Source: Dehalococcoidia bacterium
GTDB lineage: Bacteria > Chloroflexota > Dehalococcoidia > Bin125
Length of the DNA stretch: 64,000 nucleotides
NCBI GenBank assembly: GCA_963663235.2
Contig: CAXXNO010000004.1
Coordinates: 704,001-768,000 of the forward strand
Reading direction: 5' to 3'
Below, piece by piece: positions 1-9,982 of this stretch. The notes under the pieces are model-generated. The model worked only from the letters and a program-made list of their open reading frames with translations, did no database searches and was not told where the DNA came from. Positions within the stretch are counted from its first letter, which is position 1, and every line of letters starts with the position of its first letter. Both the position numbers and the translations under genes were made by a program.

Positions 1-237
1 TCGCTGACCCGTGGCGGGGTGAGAGGGCCGGTTCCGGCGGGGAAAAGAAGGCCGTCCAACTACCAGCGTTCGTCGTCGCCCGCAGCCGAGCGGAGCGGAT
101 GATGACTCGATCATCGGCATCAAGCGGGATAGTGATCTCGCGATCGAAGTCGAGCCGCGTGGGTGCGGCCGGAGGTGAAGACGAAGATGCCGATCTTCAT
201 GCGCGGGCCCTCCGCATCGCGATGCGTCTGTCGCTCC

Positions 238-1087
238 TTAGCTGCGCCCTTCGATCAGCGTGGCTACCTGATCTAGCACCGGCATCACAGTCTCCGTCGG
301 GGCGCTAGGCAGCTCGAAGAGGCATCTGTCGACGCCCAGCTCTTGGTACGCGTCCAGCATGCCGGCGTCCGGCTTGGTCCACAACGTGACGCTCACCGAC
401 TTGGGATCGCGACCGATGCGCTCCGCGCGCTCGCGCAGGTCTTTCATGTCCTCGGCCATCCGGCGCGGCGGCGAGAACAGCGGCAGCCAGCCGTCGGCCC
501 ACTCCACCACACGCTGGCGGGACCACTTCGTGCTAGCACCGATGTAGATCGGCGGATGGGGCTGCTGCACCGGCTTGGGGCTCACCGTGGTGCGGGGGAT
601 ATCGACGTACTTCCCGTGATACTCCGCCTCGTCGCTTTGCCAGAGCGCTTTCATCGCCTCCACCCGCTCCCGCGCCACCTGCCAGCGCTCCTTGAAAGGC
701 GTGCCCAGCGGCTCCATCGCTTCGGCCAGCCAGCCCGCGCTGACACCGAACAGGAAGCGCCCGCCGGAGAGACGGTCCAGGCTGGCCACTTGCTTCGCCG
801 TGACGATCGGCTCCCGCTCGTTCACCAGACAGATCGCCGTCCCCACTTTCAGCGTCGTGGTGACGGCCGCGAGCGACGCTCAGCGCCACGAACGGGTCGT
901 AGGAGCGGAAGTACCGTTCCGGCATCTCGATGCTCTTCGTGCCGGGGAAGGGCGTCACCCGCTGCGAGGGAATGTGCGGGTGCTCCGGCATCCAGAGCGA
1001 ATCGAACCCGCGCTCCTCCACGGCCCGTGCCAACGCAGGGACGGGCATCGATTTGTCGGTGAAGAACGTCGAGACGCCGTATCGCAT
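238..1087 (-). CDS. LLM-class (probably F420-dependent) oxidoreductase, split by a frameshift near 870
   Basis: The N-terminus MRYGVSTF...GFDSLWMPEHPHIP...YDPFVALSVA (ORF 533..1087) continues after one extra base as AAVTTTLKVGTAICLV...SLDRLSGGRFLFGV...PKPVQQPHPPIYIG (ORF 238..846). Confidence 0.85.
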
Positions 1088-1405
1088 CCGGTCCTGGCCT
1101 TCCTTCGAGATGGCCGCGGCGGGGTTGAGGCAAACGTAGCAGGCACGCCCATTTCAGGGCGTGCTTCCTCTTCAGTACCTTCATCGACGGCTTCCGGAGC
1201 CAGGGCGTCGGCGTCTGGACCGCCGGTGGGGAGGTGGTGCGCAGCGCAGTCCGCACGGCGCTGGCCAGCTGGTTGTTCGTTGAGGAACCAGTCGACGTGG
1301 GCCGCGCGGGCGGCGGCAACCAGTTCGAGATCGGGGACAACCGACCGAGCGACGGCTATCCTACCCATCGAACAACGGTGGACGTCGCGGAGGGGAGTGC
1401 AGCCG

Positions 1406-2590
1406 ATGAGCGTGCGAGGCAAGACGGCGATCGTAGGGTTCTATGAGGTCCCGACGCTGAAGGAGTATCCCGACCGCAACACCATGAGCCTCTTGGCCGA
1501 GACCGCCAAGGGCGCGATCCGCGACGCAGGCCTGCGCAAAGAGGACATCGACGGTCTCATCTCCTCGGAGGCGCTCAATTCCATCACCCTGGCCGAGTGG
1601 CTCAACATCAAGCCACGGTATACGGCATCGATGACGGTGCACGGTTCCAGCGGGGCCAATTCGATCGCGACGGCCGCCTCCGCCATCGCCGCTGGACTCG
1701 CCAACTACGTGCTCTGCATCTTCGGCGGGTCACGGCCGCGCAGCAGCTCGCGCATTGGTGGCGCCCAGCTCCCGCGCGGTGGCGGCGGCGCCGCCAGCGG
1801 CATCACGGAGTGGGAGGCGCCGTTTGGGCCGGCCATCGGCGCCAACGCCGGCTACGGCCTGATCAAGCAGCGGTACATGTACGAGTACGGCGCGACCCAG
1901 GAGCAGTTCGCCAAGTGTGCCGTGGACGAGCGCTTCAATGCGCTCACCAATCCCAATGCCCTCTGGAAGGGGCGGCCAATCACGATTGAGGATGTCCTCA
2001 ACTCGCGCTTCATCAACGATCCGCTGCACCTGCTGGAGTCGGTCATGCCCTGCTCCGGCGCAGCGGCCGTCATCGTGACGACTGCCGAGCGCGCCCGCGC
2101 GCTCCCCAATCCACCGGTCTTTGTTCTGGGGATCGGCGGCCCCGCCACCCGCCACGACATGATCTGGCAGGAGGAGTCGGTGACGACGACACCGGTGATC
2201 CTGTCGGCCCCAACCGCGCTGCGCATGGCGGAATATAACGCCAGCGAGATGCAGTTTGCAGAGTTCTACGACTGCTACACCATTCTCGTCATGATCTGTC
2301 TGGAGGACGCCGGCATCTGCCCCAAGGGCGAGATCGGCCCCTTCTACGAGTCCACCGACACGACCTACAAGGGCACGTTCCCCATCAACACGGACGGCGG
2401 ACAGATCGCCGCCGGCCAGCCCGATGGTACGGCCGGTGGCTTCCGCCACGTTGTAGAGGCGACACGCCAAATCATGAAGAGAGCCGACGATCGCCAGGTC
2501 GAAAAAAGCGACCTGTGCCTCGTCAATGGTTGAGGCGGCACCGCCAGCGTGATGTGCACGCTGGTGCTCGGTTCGAGCGCCACCCTTTAG
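1406..2590 (+). CDS. Thiolase-fold (SCP2/Ltp2-like) protein with an in-frame UGA at 2531-2533, candidate selenocysteine; ends at 2533 without readthrough
   Basis: GGAGGGGAG RBS then MSVRGKTAIVG; motifs YDCYT and INTDGGQ; no N-terminal catalytic Cys. After LVNG-TGA the frame continues GGTASVMCTLVLGSSATL-TAG, the typical last strand of this fold. Confidence 0.85.
2542..2566 (+). promoter_or_regulatory. Candidate bacterial SECIS hairpin downstream of the thiolase UGA
   Basis: Perfect stem CCAGCGTG (2544-2551)/CACGCTGG (2557-2564), loop ATGTG beginning 18 nt after the UGA, extendable by G-U and C-G pairs. Confidence 0.5.
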
Positions 2591-2621
2591 CAGCCAAGCC
2601 GAACAAATTGGGAGGAGTGTT

Positions 2622-3038
2622 GTGGCGGACGAATACACCAAACCGATTCCGCGGCCGGAGAATATCGAACTGACCCAGCCTTTTTGGGACGCGGCGAAGC
2701 GCCACGAGCTCATCATGCCCCGCTGCCGGAAGTGCGCCAGCTACTTCTGGTACCCGCGTCCCCACTGTCCCGACTGTCTCACCGAGGACTGGGAATGGTC
2801 AGCGGTCAGCGGGCGAGGCCGGCTCTACACCTTCACCGTGGTCCGTCAGCCGCAGAACCCCGCCTTCGCGGACGACACCCCGTACGCCTACGCCGTAGTC
2901 CAGCTTGACGAAGGCGTCCGGATGTTATCGAACGTCGTCGATTGCAAGATCGACGACCTGAGCGTCGACATGCCTCTCCAGGCCACCTTCGATGACATCA
3001 CCGACGAATGGACGCTGGTGAAGTTCAAGCCGGCCTAG
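2622..3038 (+). CDS. DUF35 / ChsH2-C-like Zn-ribbon OB-fold protein (thiolase partner)
   Basis: PFWDAAKRHEL, CRKC...CPDC, SGRGRLYTFTVV, VQLDEGVRMLSNVV; GGAGGAG RBS; lies directly after the thiolase. Confidence 0.93.
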   Translation: MADEYTKPIPRPENIELTQPFWDAAKRHELIMPRCRKCASYFWYPRPHCPDCLTEDWEWSAVSGRGRLYTFTVVRQPQNPAFADDTPYAYAVVQLDEGVRMLSNVVDCKIDDLSVDMPLQATFDDITDEWTLVKFKPA

Positions 3039-3042
3039 GCGG

Positions 3043-3201
3043 CCGGGCTGCCACCCCGTCACCTTCACGCAGACCCCCGCCAGCATCCGCCGCGTCGCTC
3101 CCGAGCTGGGCGAGCACACGCAAGAGATCCTGAAGGAGCGGTTGGGGTATAACGACGAGCAGATCGCCGAGTTGGTGATCGAGGGTGTGATCACGTCGTA
3201 G
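3043..3201 (+). pseudogene. C-terminal remnant of a class III (CaiB/BaiF) CoA-transferase
   Basis: Startless frame PGCHPVTFTQTPASIRRVAPELGEHTQEILKERLGYNDEQIAELVIEGVITS*, containing the hallmark APxLGEHTxEIL. Confidence 0.8.
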
Positions 3202-3288
3202 CGCGGGGCTGCGGCCCCACGGCGGTGGAGGCCGATCCCCGAGGGTGCGCGGTCCGCGCTTCGGCCAGCCGTGGGAGGCGACCGCGGC

Positions 3289-3906
3289 TCAGCGCAGAGG
3301 GGAGAACGGCGCGGGGGTGAGAATCCTGGTCTCCTGGCTCACGAGAAACTCACGTGTGGCGGGTGGCCAGTTGGGGTCTTTGAACGCCTCGGCACGAATC
3401 TGGTCGCGGGCTTCGAGACTCTCGTAAGGCGAGATGTGGGTCCACCGGTTGAGAGCGCCGATTTCGGTGTACCAGCACGCCGCCAGCGGCGAATACTTCT
3501 CCCGATGCACGATGGCAGCGGCCCAGCGATCGATCACGGCGGGGATGGAGAGCGGTCGATAGGTGTAGGTCCGCATCTCGTAGATGTTGCCCAACTCCTG
3601 GTCGCGGTCCAGGTCGCGCATGAAGGGCGCGCCCACTCAGATCTCAGACTCCATGTTCAGTAACACGGCTGTGTGTGTGGGCGGCCAGTGCGGGTCCGCA
3701 GCGGCAGCCGCCCGCACTGCCTGCCGCTGGGCGAGGTCCTCATACGGCCAGACATGGATGGCCTGGTTGAGGGCACCCAACTCCGATCGCCAGAACGCCC
3801 CGAGCCGGGAGTATTGAGTCCGATACGGGAGGGCCTCGGCGAACCCTCTCTCGAACTCGGCGAGATCACCCGGGGCGAAGGTGTACGTGCGGACCTCGTA
3901 CAACAT
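3289..3906 (-). CDS. Two-domain NIPSNAP protein interrupted by an in-frame TGA at 3637-3639
   Basis: Two YE(V/M)RTYT...YSxLxAxW..E.GALN...H..PY repeats; ORFs 3637..3906 and 3289..3636 are contiguous in one frame (MESEI*VGAPFMR). Confidence 0.85.
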
Positions 3907-4326
3907 GGGACGACCTCCTCCACGGCAAGCGACCGCTACGGTTTCCCGGAAGATAGCGGGTGCACCAATCCGTTGTCCTGGGCGGGCGGGGCGACGGTCA
4001 GCCGAGCGCGAAGAGTAACGCCTGGCCGCGATCGGCGCTAGGCGTCGACGTGTGGTGGCTCAATATTCCGTCCGCCCGGTATCGGCTCACGGATCGCGGT
4101 CTGATCGGATCCGATCCGCCAGGTCTAGAGACGGATAAGGTTTCGGGCCGGTACACCTCGCCACGCCCATGGCTCTCCCGAGCATCGAGTGATCAGAACG
4201 TGCTCGCCCGACGTCCGGCGCATCGGCCTCTAGGGCCTGGGTGAGAAGTCCCATCGCAGGATAGTTCACCTGCACCTGGGCTAAGCGTGCAGGAACGAGG
4301 AGCATGAGGCACAGAGACTAAATCTA

Positions 4327-5382
4327 ATGACCGAGCGATTCGATACCGTCGTAGTTGGCGCCGGCCAAGCGGGACTCGCCATCGGGTACTACCTGGCAGA
4401 GCAGGGTCGCGACTTCGTCATCCTCGATGCCGACTCGGAAGTCGGGGGTACTTGGCGGCGGCGGTGGGACTCGCTCCGGCTATTCACGCCCGCCGGGCTG
4501 AGCAACCTCCCCGGGCTGCCGTTCCCCGCTCCAAGCAACCATTATCCGACCAAGAATGAAACGGCCGAGTACCTTGAACGGTACGCGGCCACCTTTCAGC
4601 TGCCGCTGTCGCTCGACACTGCGGTCGAGTCGCTGACACCGCAGGGTGCGTACTATCTCGTCAAAGCAGGGCGGCGCCTCATCGAAGCGCGCAATGTTGT
4701 GATCGCCACGGGCGCCTATCAAGCCCCGTCCGTGCCAGCGTTTGAGTCCGAACTCGATCCCGCGATCGTCCAGATCCACTCAAGTCAGTACCGCAATCCC
4801 GACACGCTGCGCGACGGCGAAGTGCTGGTAGTGGGGGCAGGAAACTCCGGGGCGCAGATCGGAATCGAGTTGGCCGCGTCCAAGCGCACCTGGCTCTCCG
4901 GCCGCGACGTCGGGCGAATCCCGCAAGAGGTCCTCGGACGACCGATCCACTGGTGGCTCTATCGCACTCGCGTGCTGACCGCTACGCGCGAATCCTGGAT
5001 CGGCCGGCGCCTGCACGGGCACGGTGGTAAAGGTGGCGTGCCGCTGATCGGAACCTCTAACGCGCGGCTTGCTGGAGCCGGCGTCGAGCGCGTTCCCCGC
5101 ACGGTCGGCGTCCGGGATGGGAAGCCCCTCCTTGAGGATGGCCGCGTCATGGATGTGGCGAACGTCGTCTGGTGCACGGGGTTCCGTCCGGATTTCAGTT
5201 GGATCAGTTCGCTGGTCCGCGGAGACGATGGCAATCCCCGCCACCACCGCGGCATCGTCCGCGGCGAGCCGGGGCTCTTTTTCTTGGGACTGATCCGCCT
5301 TCACCGACTGGACTCCTCCCTCCTCGCCGGCGTCGGCTTCGACGCCGGCGACATCGCGCAGCGCATCGCTGCTCAAACCTGA
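4327..5382 (+). CDS. Flavin-containing monooxygenase (FMO / CzcO-ArsO-like)
   Basis: GAGQAG, WDSLRLFTP, HSSQYRNP, GAGNSG and WCTGFRPD motifs. Confidence 0.9.
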   Translation: MTERFDTVVVGAGQAGLAIGYYLAEQGRDFVILDADSEVGGTWRRRWDSLRLFTPAGLSNLPGLPFPAPSNHYPTKNETAEYLERYAATFQLPLSLDTAVESLTPQGAYYLVKAGRRLIEARNVVIATGAYQAPSVPAFESELDPAIVQIHSSQYRNPDTLRDGEVLVVGAGNSGAQIGIELAASKRTWLSGRDVGRIPQEVLGRPIHWWLYRTRVLTATRESWIGRRLHGHGGKGGVPLIGTSNARLAGAGVERVPRTVGVRDGKPLLEDGRVMDVANVVWCTGFRPDFSWISSLVRGDDGNPRHHRGIVRGEPGLFFLGLIRLHRLDSSLLAGVGFDAGDIAQRIAAQT

Positions 5383-5628
5383 GCGACGTGCCGCGGGAGG
5401 TCCTCCGAGACAGCAACGCTCCTGGTTCAACCGGGCCACGGCGACTCAGCCGTTTGTCCCTGCCGCGGTGGTTGACGCGAGGGTGACAATGCCGATAGGA
5501 AGCCAAAAAGGGAGGAACACATCATGTCCCTCGAGCAGTCTGGTATCGACGCGTTGGAGCACAACACGAGGCGGCGGTCCCAGAGCGATCTGCATCGATC
5601 GCCACAGGGAGCCTAGGTCAACGAGCCG

Positions 5629-6141
5629 ATGCGAGACGGTCCTCAATCCGAGGGGGATCACGGCGGGTTGAGAGCCCAAGGTGCGGGCCCGTGGGAAGGG
5701 GCACGCGTTGCTCCGGGTTATATCGGAGCCGCGTGGCTGTTCCTGTTCCTGTTCTTCTTGAGGGTCCTGAGCCAAGCCCTTATCGAAATCTTCAACGTCA
5801 AGTTCTTGCCGCCCGTGGAGGAGTGGCGATCCGGCCTCCTTCCTTATCGCATTCTCTTGGCCGCTCAGATCCTGATCCTCGTCGTGATGGGCAAGGTGGC
5901 TACCGACTTCTCGCGAGGCTCCGGGGTCTTCGCCGAGCCGAACCCGTCGCTGGGGCGCCGCCTGCGCCGGGTCAGCTACCCGTATTTCGCGTCGATGGTG
6001 CTGCGCTACGGCATTCGCATGACGGTGCGCCCGGAGGCACGGTGGTTCGGTGGCACAATTCCCATCATCTTTCATTGCGTGCTGGCCACATACCTTTTCG
6101 TGATCGGTTCCTACCACACGCGGCGTGCCCATCTGAACTAA
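5629..6141 (+). CDS. Hypothetical membrane protein (start uncertain)
   Basis: Several hydrophobic helices; LPPVEEWRSGLLPY and GGTIPIIFH segments. Confidence 0.65.
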   Translation: MRDGPQSEGDHGGLRAQGAGPWEGARVAPGYIGAAWLFLFLFFLRVLSQALIEIFNVKFLPPVEEWRSGLLPYRILLAAQILILVVMGKVATDFSRGSGVFAEPNPSLGRRLRRVSYPYFASMVLRYGIRMTVRPEARWFGGTIPIIFHCVLATYLFVIGSYHTRRAHLN

Positions 6142-6173
6142 GCGCGACTCGCAGTTCGGAGTGACCTCCCTCC

Positions 6174-6213
6174 AAAAACAGATCCAGGTGCAGTGCGAGA
6201 CTGCACCTGGATC
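6174..6213 (-). terminator. Rho-independent terminator-like hairpin
   Basis: Perfect 14-bp stem GATCCAGGTGCAGT/ACTGCACCTGGATC followed by TGTTTTT on the minus strand; lies between convergent genes. Confidence 0.7.
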
Positions 6214-6410
6214 GGGATTCGAGGTCAAGCGCACCCGCCCGCTGGAACTCCGAAGAACGCCTCGGCAGGATCCCGTCGTTCACGCGTCGCGGGGGAGGGA
6301 ACGCGCATCGTTCTCCTTGACTCCGGTGCGAACATCACCGCCTACACCGGCGTATCGGCCATCCGCATCGCGCTGCCGCGACAGCGCCGCAGGCGCGCAG
6401 AGCGCTGGAA

Positions 6411-6734
6411 CTACGCGCTGCCGCGACTGCGGCCTGTCTGCACCCCGAGCGTCCCGTCCCACCAGCGCGGCGACCCGTTCAGCAGCGCAACCAGCTCCTG
6501 ATGCCACTGGCCCTGCGCCGGCCGACGCGCGTTGGTGTAGTAGTTGCGGCTGTTGTCCCAGTAGACGACGCCGCGGATCTCATTCGGAACCTCGCGACCC
6601 ACCGCGACGGTGGAGCGGAGAAAACCCTTAGCGTAGCGGCGCTGCTCGCGGTCCCATTTCCTGAAATGGCGCAGCACCACGCCTCGCTTCCCCGGCTTCA
6701 CCTTGGCGGTGAAGAATGAGACATGCTCAGCCAT
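6411..6734 (-). CDS. Small dimeric alpha/beta-barrel (ABM-like) protein
   Basis: MAEHVSFFTAKVKPGK...GFLRS...VVYWDN...YYTNARRPAQ; AAAGGGGGA RBS. Confidence 0.65.
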   Translation of the reverse strand: MAEHVSFFTAKVKPGKRGVVLRHFRKWDREQRRYAKGFLRSTVAVGREVPNEIRGVVYWDNSRNYYTNARRPAQGQWHQELVALLNGSPRWWDGTLGVQTGRSRGSA

Positions 6735-6864
6735 CGCGTCCCCCTTTTCGTCTTGTGCCGGAGAGAAGACTACATCGCCGCCTGTGGTGGCGCTTCCCAC
6801 CGATGCGGAAGCTCTCGCGATGACGGGCACGATCTCGCGATCGTGGGCGCTGCTACGTCGCGCT

Positions 6865-8013
6865 TCAGGCGAGGGCGGCGATCCCCGCCACGGCGATCAC
6901 TGTCCCCACGACCGCCCAGCGCGTGATCTGTTCGCGCAGGAAGATCATCGCCAGCGGCAGTCCGATGAGCGGGGAGACGGAGAACACGGCGATCGCTTGG
7001 CCCGCGCCGATCTCCTGGATGGCGACGATGATCAGCAGGCTGGAGACGCCGGTTCCGAGAATGCCATAGAGCGCCATGGCGCTCATGGTCCGCCGGTCCA
7101 CGTTGCCCGCGCGCAGGTGGGAGTTCGGCCACAGCCACGCCCCCACGCCGAGCACGCCCAGGATGAGCGGCACCCGCACGATGGCGGCGGCGGAGGGGTT
7201 GACGTCCACGGCGGCGGCGCGCAGCCACACCGTTGAGGCCGCCCCGCTGGCGCTGGCCGCCACCGCCAGCGCGATTCCGATCGCCAAGCGATGCGCAAAC
7301 GCCCAGCGCACGATCACCGGGAGCGTCGCCACCGCGGACCTCCCCACCGCGCGCGAGGAGCCGAGGAAGAGGGTCGGGAGCACGTCCCGCGGTCGCCCCT
7401 GGTCGTAGGCCGGAGCGGCCGTCGCGGATTCCATCGAGTCGGCGCCCCCACCGGCGATGCGCCACCGAGGGCGGCGGCGCGCCGGACCGTGCCGCCGCGC
7501 GGCCGTGATGGAGAGCGCCGGCGGGGCGATGCTGGGCGGGCGAGCGGAGCGTGGCTCCGGTGCGGCCCCTGCGGCACCGGCGCGGGGCCGGCCGTACAGG
7601 GCTACGAGGTAGACCCCGGTGAGCACCAGCGCCGACCCCAACCCGTCCTGCCACGTGACGGCGTCGCCGAGGAGGATCGCCGCGAAGATGAAGGTCAGCA
7701 GGACGATCAGGCCCGTGATGATGGCGAACGGCCGCACCAGCCCGAGCAGGGCGATAGCAGCCGCGGTGAGCGTCACAGTGATCCCGGTGCCGAGGAATCC
7801 CGCCATCGACAGTTGCCACATGTTGTGAAAGCTCATGGCGGCGAGGTCATCCAGCCCGCCCAGCGCGAAGAGGGCCGCCACGAAGAACGCGCCCGACCAG
7901 ATCGCCTGAATGAATATCAGCGTGAGTGTGTCGACGCGCGCCGTCTGCGATGCCAGGAAGGTGCTGGCCACCGCCCACGCGGCGGCCGTACCGAGGGCCG
8001 CGCCGATTCCCAC
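6865..8013 (-). CDS. DMT/EamA family transporter
   Basis: Two hydrophobic EamA halves (AAILLGD, MIFLREQIT) joined by a long Pro/Ala/Arg-rich loop. Confidence 0.85.
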   Translation of the reverse strand: MGIGAALGTAAAWAVASTFLASQTARVDTLTLIFIQAIWSGAFFVAALFALGGLDDLAAMSFHNMWQLSMAGFLGTGITVTLTAAAIALLGLVRPFAIITGLIVLLTFIFAAILLGDAVTWQDGLGSALVLTGVYLVALYGRPRAGAAGAAPEPRSARPPSIAPPALSITAARRHGPARRRPRWRIAGGGADSMESATAAPAYDQGRPRDVLPTLFLGSSRAVGRSAVATLPVIVRWAFAHRLAIGIALAVAASASGAASTVWLRAAAVDVNPSAAAIVRVPLILGVLGVGAWLWPNSHLRAGNVDRRTMSAMALYGILGTGVSSLLIIVAIQEIGAGQAIAVFSVSPLIGLPLAMIFLREQITRWAVVGTVIAVAGIAALA

Positions 8014-8591
8014 CGTTGTCGCTTTCCGTTTTCACGCTTTGGCCGCAGCCGCGACGATCGCGTGTCTACGCATCGTAGGCGCTGCGACTCCGTCGGCCTC
8101 ACCTTGGGGGGTGCGTCGGCTATTACAGTCAGACTCTCGCACGATGACACCCCGCCCGGCCGCCCGCCATCGTCATCGAAGACGTGCTCTGCATTGGGCC
8201 CATCAGCGGACGCGCCACGATGATGGCGCGCTGCTAGACTTTCCGGCCGGCGGCGACGCAGGACCGCATCGAGCGCTCTGACACATCGCTCGCGTGGATC
8301 GGCTCCGGTGCGTCGGGGGCCTCGGCGCAGGCACGATGAAGAGATCGCCCAATGGCCCCGAGCGATGCGAGCGCCGCGAAACCTACGCTAGATCCGGTGC
8401 AGCCCTGCGGGAATCGTCGCGTGATTCCGCGGCGACACGGCCGGGCCGTCGTTCCTCACGATCGAACGGGCAAAGACGCCGCGCGGACCGATGAACAATT
8501 ACCTTCTCGGGACCCTCTTCACGCGGCTCCGCGGCGAGGCGTCTTGCACGCCAACGCTCCCGTCTCCAGCCAGCGGCGCGATGCCTCCCGG

Positions 8592-9491
8592 TCAATAATC
8601 AACCACCGTGGTCCACGGACCCTCCTCATGCGCCTCCCAGTACCGCTGCTTCAGCGTCTTGGTCAGCGGACCCACCACCCCTTCCCCCACCGGCTCCCCA
8701 TCGATCACGGTGATCGGCATCACCCCACCCCCCGTCGTCGTCACGAAGACCTCATCCGCCCCCCGCAAGAAACTCCCATCGAACGCCTCGAGTTTCGCCG
8801 GAATCCCCTCTTGCTTCGCGAGGTCGAGCACCGAGAGCCGTGTGATCCCCTCCAGCACGCCGCGCGGCGGCGTGTACAGCGTCCCCCCGGACACCGCGAA
8901 CACGTTGAACCCCGGCCCCTCCGTGATATTGCCCTCCGCATCGGGCAGCACGGCCAATCGCCCGCCCCGGTCGTAGGTCTCGAACATGGCCCGCGTCAGG
9001 TCGCCCCAGTGGAAGTTCTTGGCCGTCGGATCGACCGACTGCTCCGAGATCCGGATCGTGTCCTGCGCGATCACCAAGTGCGACCCCGTCTCCTGTTCCT
9101 CCGGCGACACGATCCACACGTACGGCATGGAATACACATAGAAGCGATTCCGCGACCGGCGCGGGTCTCGCAGCCCTTGCTCCGGCACCCCTCGGGTCAA
9201 GATCATGCAGAGGAACGCATCGCGGATCCCCGAGCGCCGCACGCATTCGAACACAATCTCCGCCATCTCCGCGCGACTCAGAGTCGGAGTCATCCGCAGC
9301 CCACGCCAACTCCGCTCGAAGCGGTCCAAATGCGCGTCGAGGCGGAAGAACTTGCCCTTCCACACGGCCACCGCGTCGTACGTGACATCCGAGCGCAGAA
9401 AGCCCGCATCGAGAATGGAGATCGTGGCGTCCGCGACGGGCGCATACTCCCCGTCCACGTAGGCACAACCATCCGCGTAGGCATTGGTCAT
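8592..9491 (-). CDS. PLP-dependent class IV aminotransferase (R-selective amine transaminase-like)
   Basis: ISILDAGFLRSDVTYD, FFRLDAHLDRF, DPTAKNFHWGDL, EGPGFNVF, LEGITR. Confidence 0.93.
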   Translation of the reverse strand: MTNAYADGCAYVDGEYAPVADATISILDAGFLRSDVTYDAVAVWKGKFFRLDAHLDRFERSWRGLRMTPTLSRAEMAEIVFECVRRSGIRDAFLCMILTRGVPEQGLRDPRRSRNRFYVYSMPYVWIVSPEEQETGSHLVIAQDTIRISEQSVDPTAKNFHWGDLTRAMFETYDRGGRLAVLPDAEGNITEGPGFNVFAVSGGTLYTPPRGVLEGITRLSVLDLAKQEGIPAKLEAFDGSFLRGADEVFVTTTGGGVMPITVIDGEPVGEGVVGPLTKTLKQRYWEAHEEGPWTTVVDY

Positions 9492-9660
9492 GATGGCTCC
9501 TCTGCATGCGTCGGGTCCGATCCCACCAGAGTGACCGGCTGCACGCACTTTACTCCCCGAGGGGCGAGGGCTGTGCGAGCGTGGCTGGCGAGCCTACAGC
9601 CTCGCTGGAGGATCTTTTTCGCTTCGCTCCCGAGCGCAGCACAGCGCTTACGACTCCCGA

Positions 9661-9697
9661 CTTCCCAAGCAGAGGGTCGCGGGATCGAGTCTCGTTG
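9661..9697 (+). pseudogene. Degenerate 3' half of tRNA-Gly(CCC), possible att-site scar
   Basis: CTTCCCAAG-CAGAGGGTCGCGGG-ATCGAGT-CTCGTT resembles an anticodon loop, variable region and T-arm; no 5' half or CCA. Confidence 0.45.
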
Positions 9698-9982
9698 ATC
9701 AGGGCCGAGCGGGCGGCCCGGTCGCAGCCGCCGCGGCCGCGCGGACGCTGACCCGCCTTCCCGGCGCGAGCAGCGCGTCGACGGGAGAAGGGCCGACCCT
9801 GCGAGGCGTCCGAGAATCGCCGCTTCCCCTGTCCGGGTGACCGACCGCTGGCGCGAAGAGACCGGGCCGCTGGTGCTAGTATCCGTCCGCAGCCGCGGCG
9901 CTGGGCCGCCCCGGCGCGGTGCGCGACGGACTTGCGGTCCGGGTTCCCATTCAGGGCGGCGTGGACGACCAGGAGGCGGAGC

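Noticed and set aside
692-1405. N-terminal extension of the 613-aa thiolase ORF
   Set aside because: It is antisense to the LLM gene; the RBS and family-typical start are at 1406.
6193-6501. Plus-strand ORF containing RIVLLDSGANITAYTGV
   Set aside because: It may be a gene remnant, but it overlaps a terminator hairpin and the convergent gene, and its family is not identifiable.
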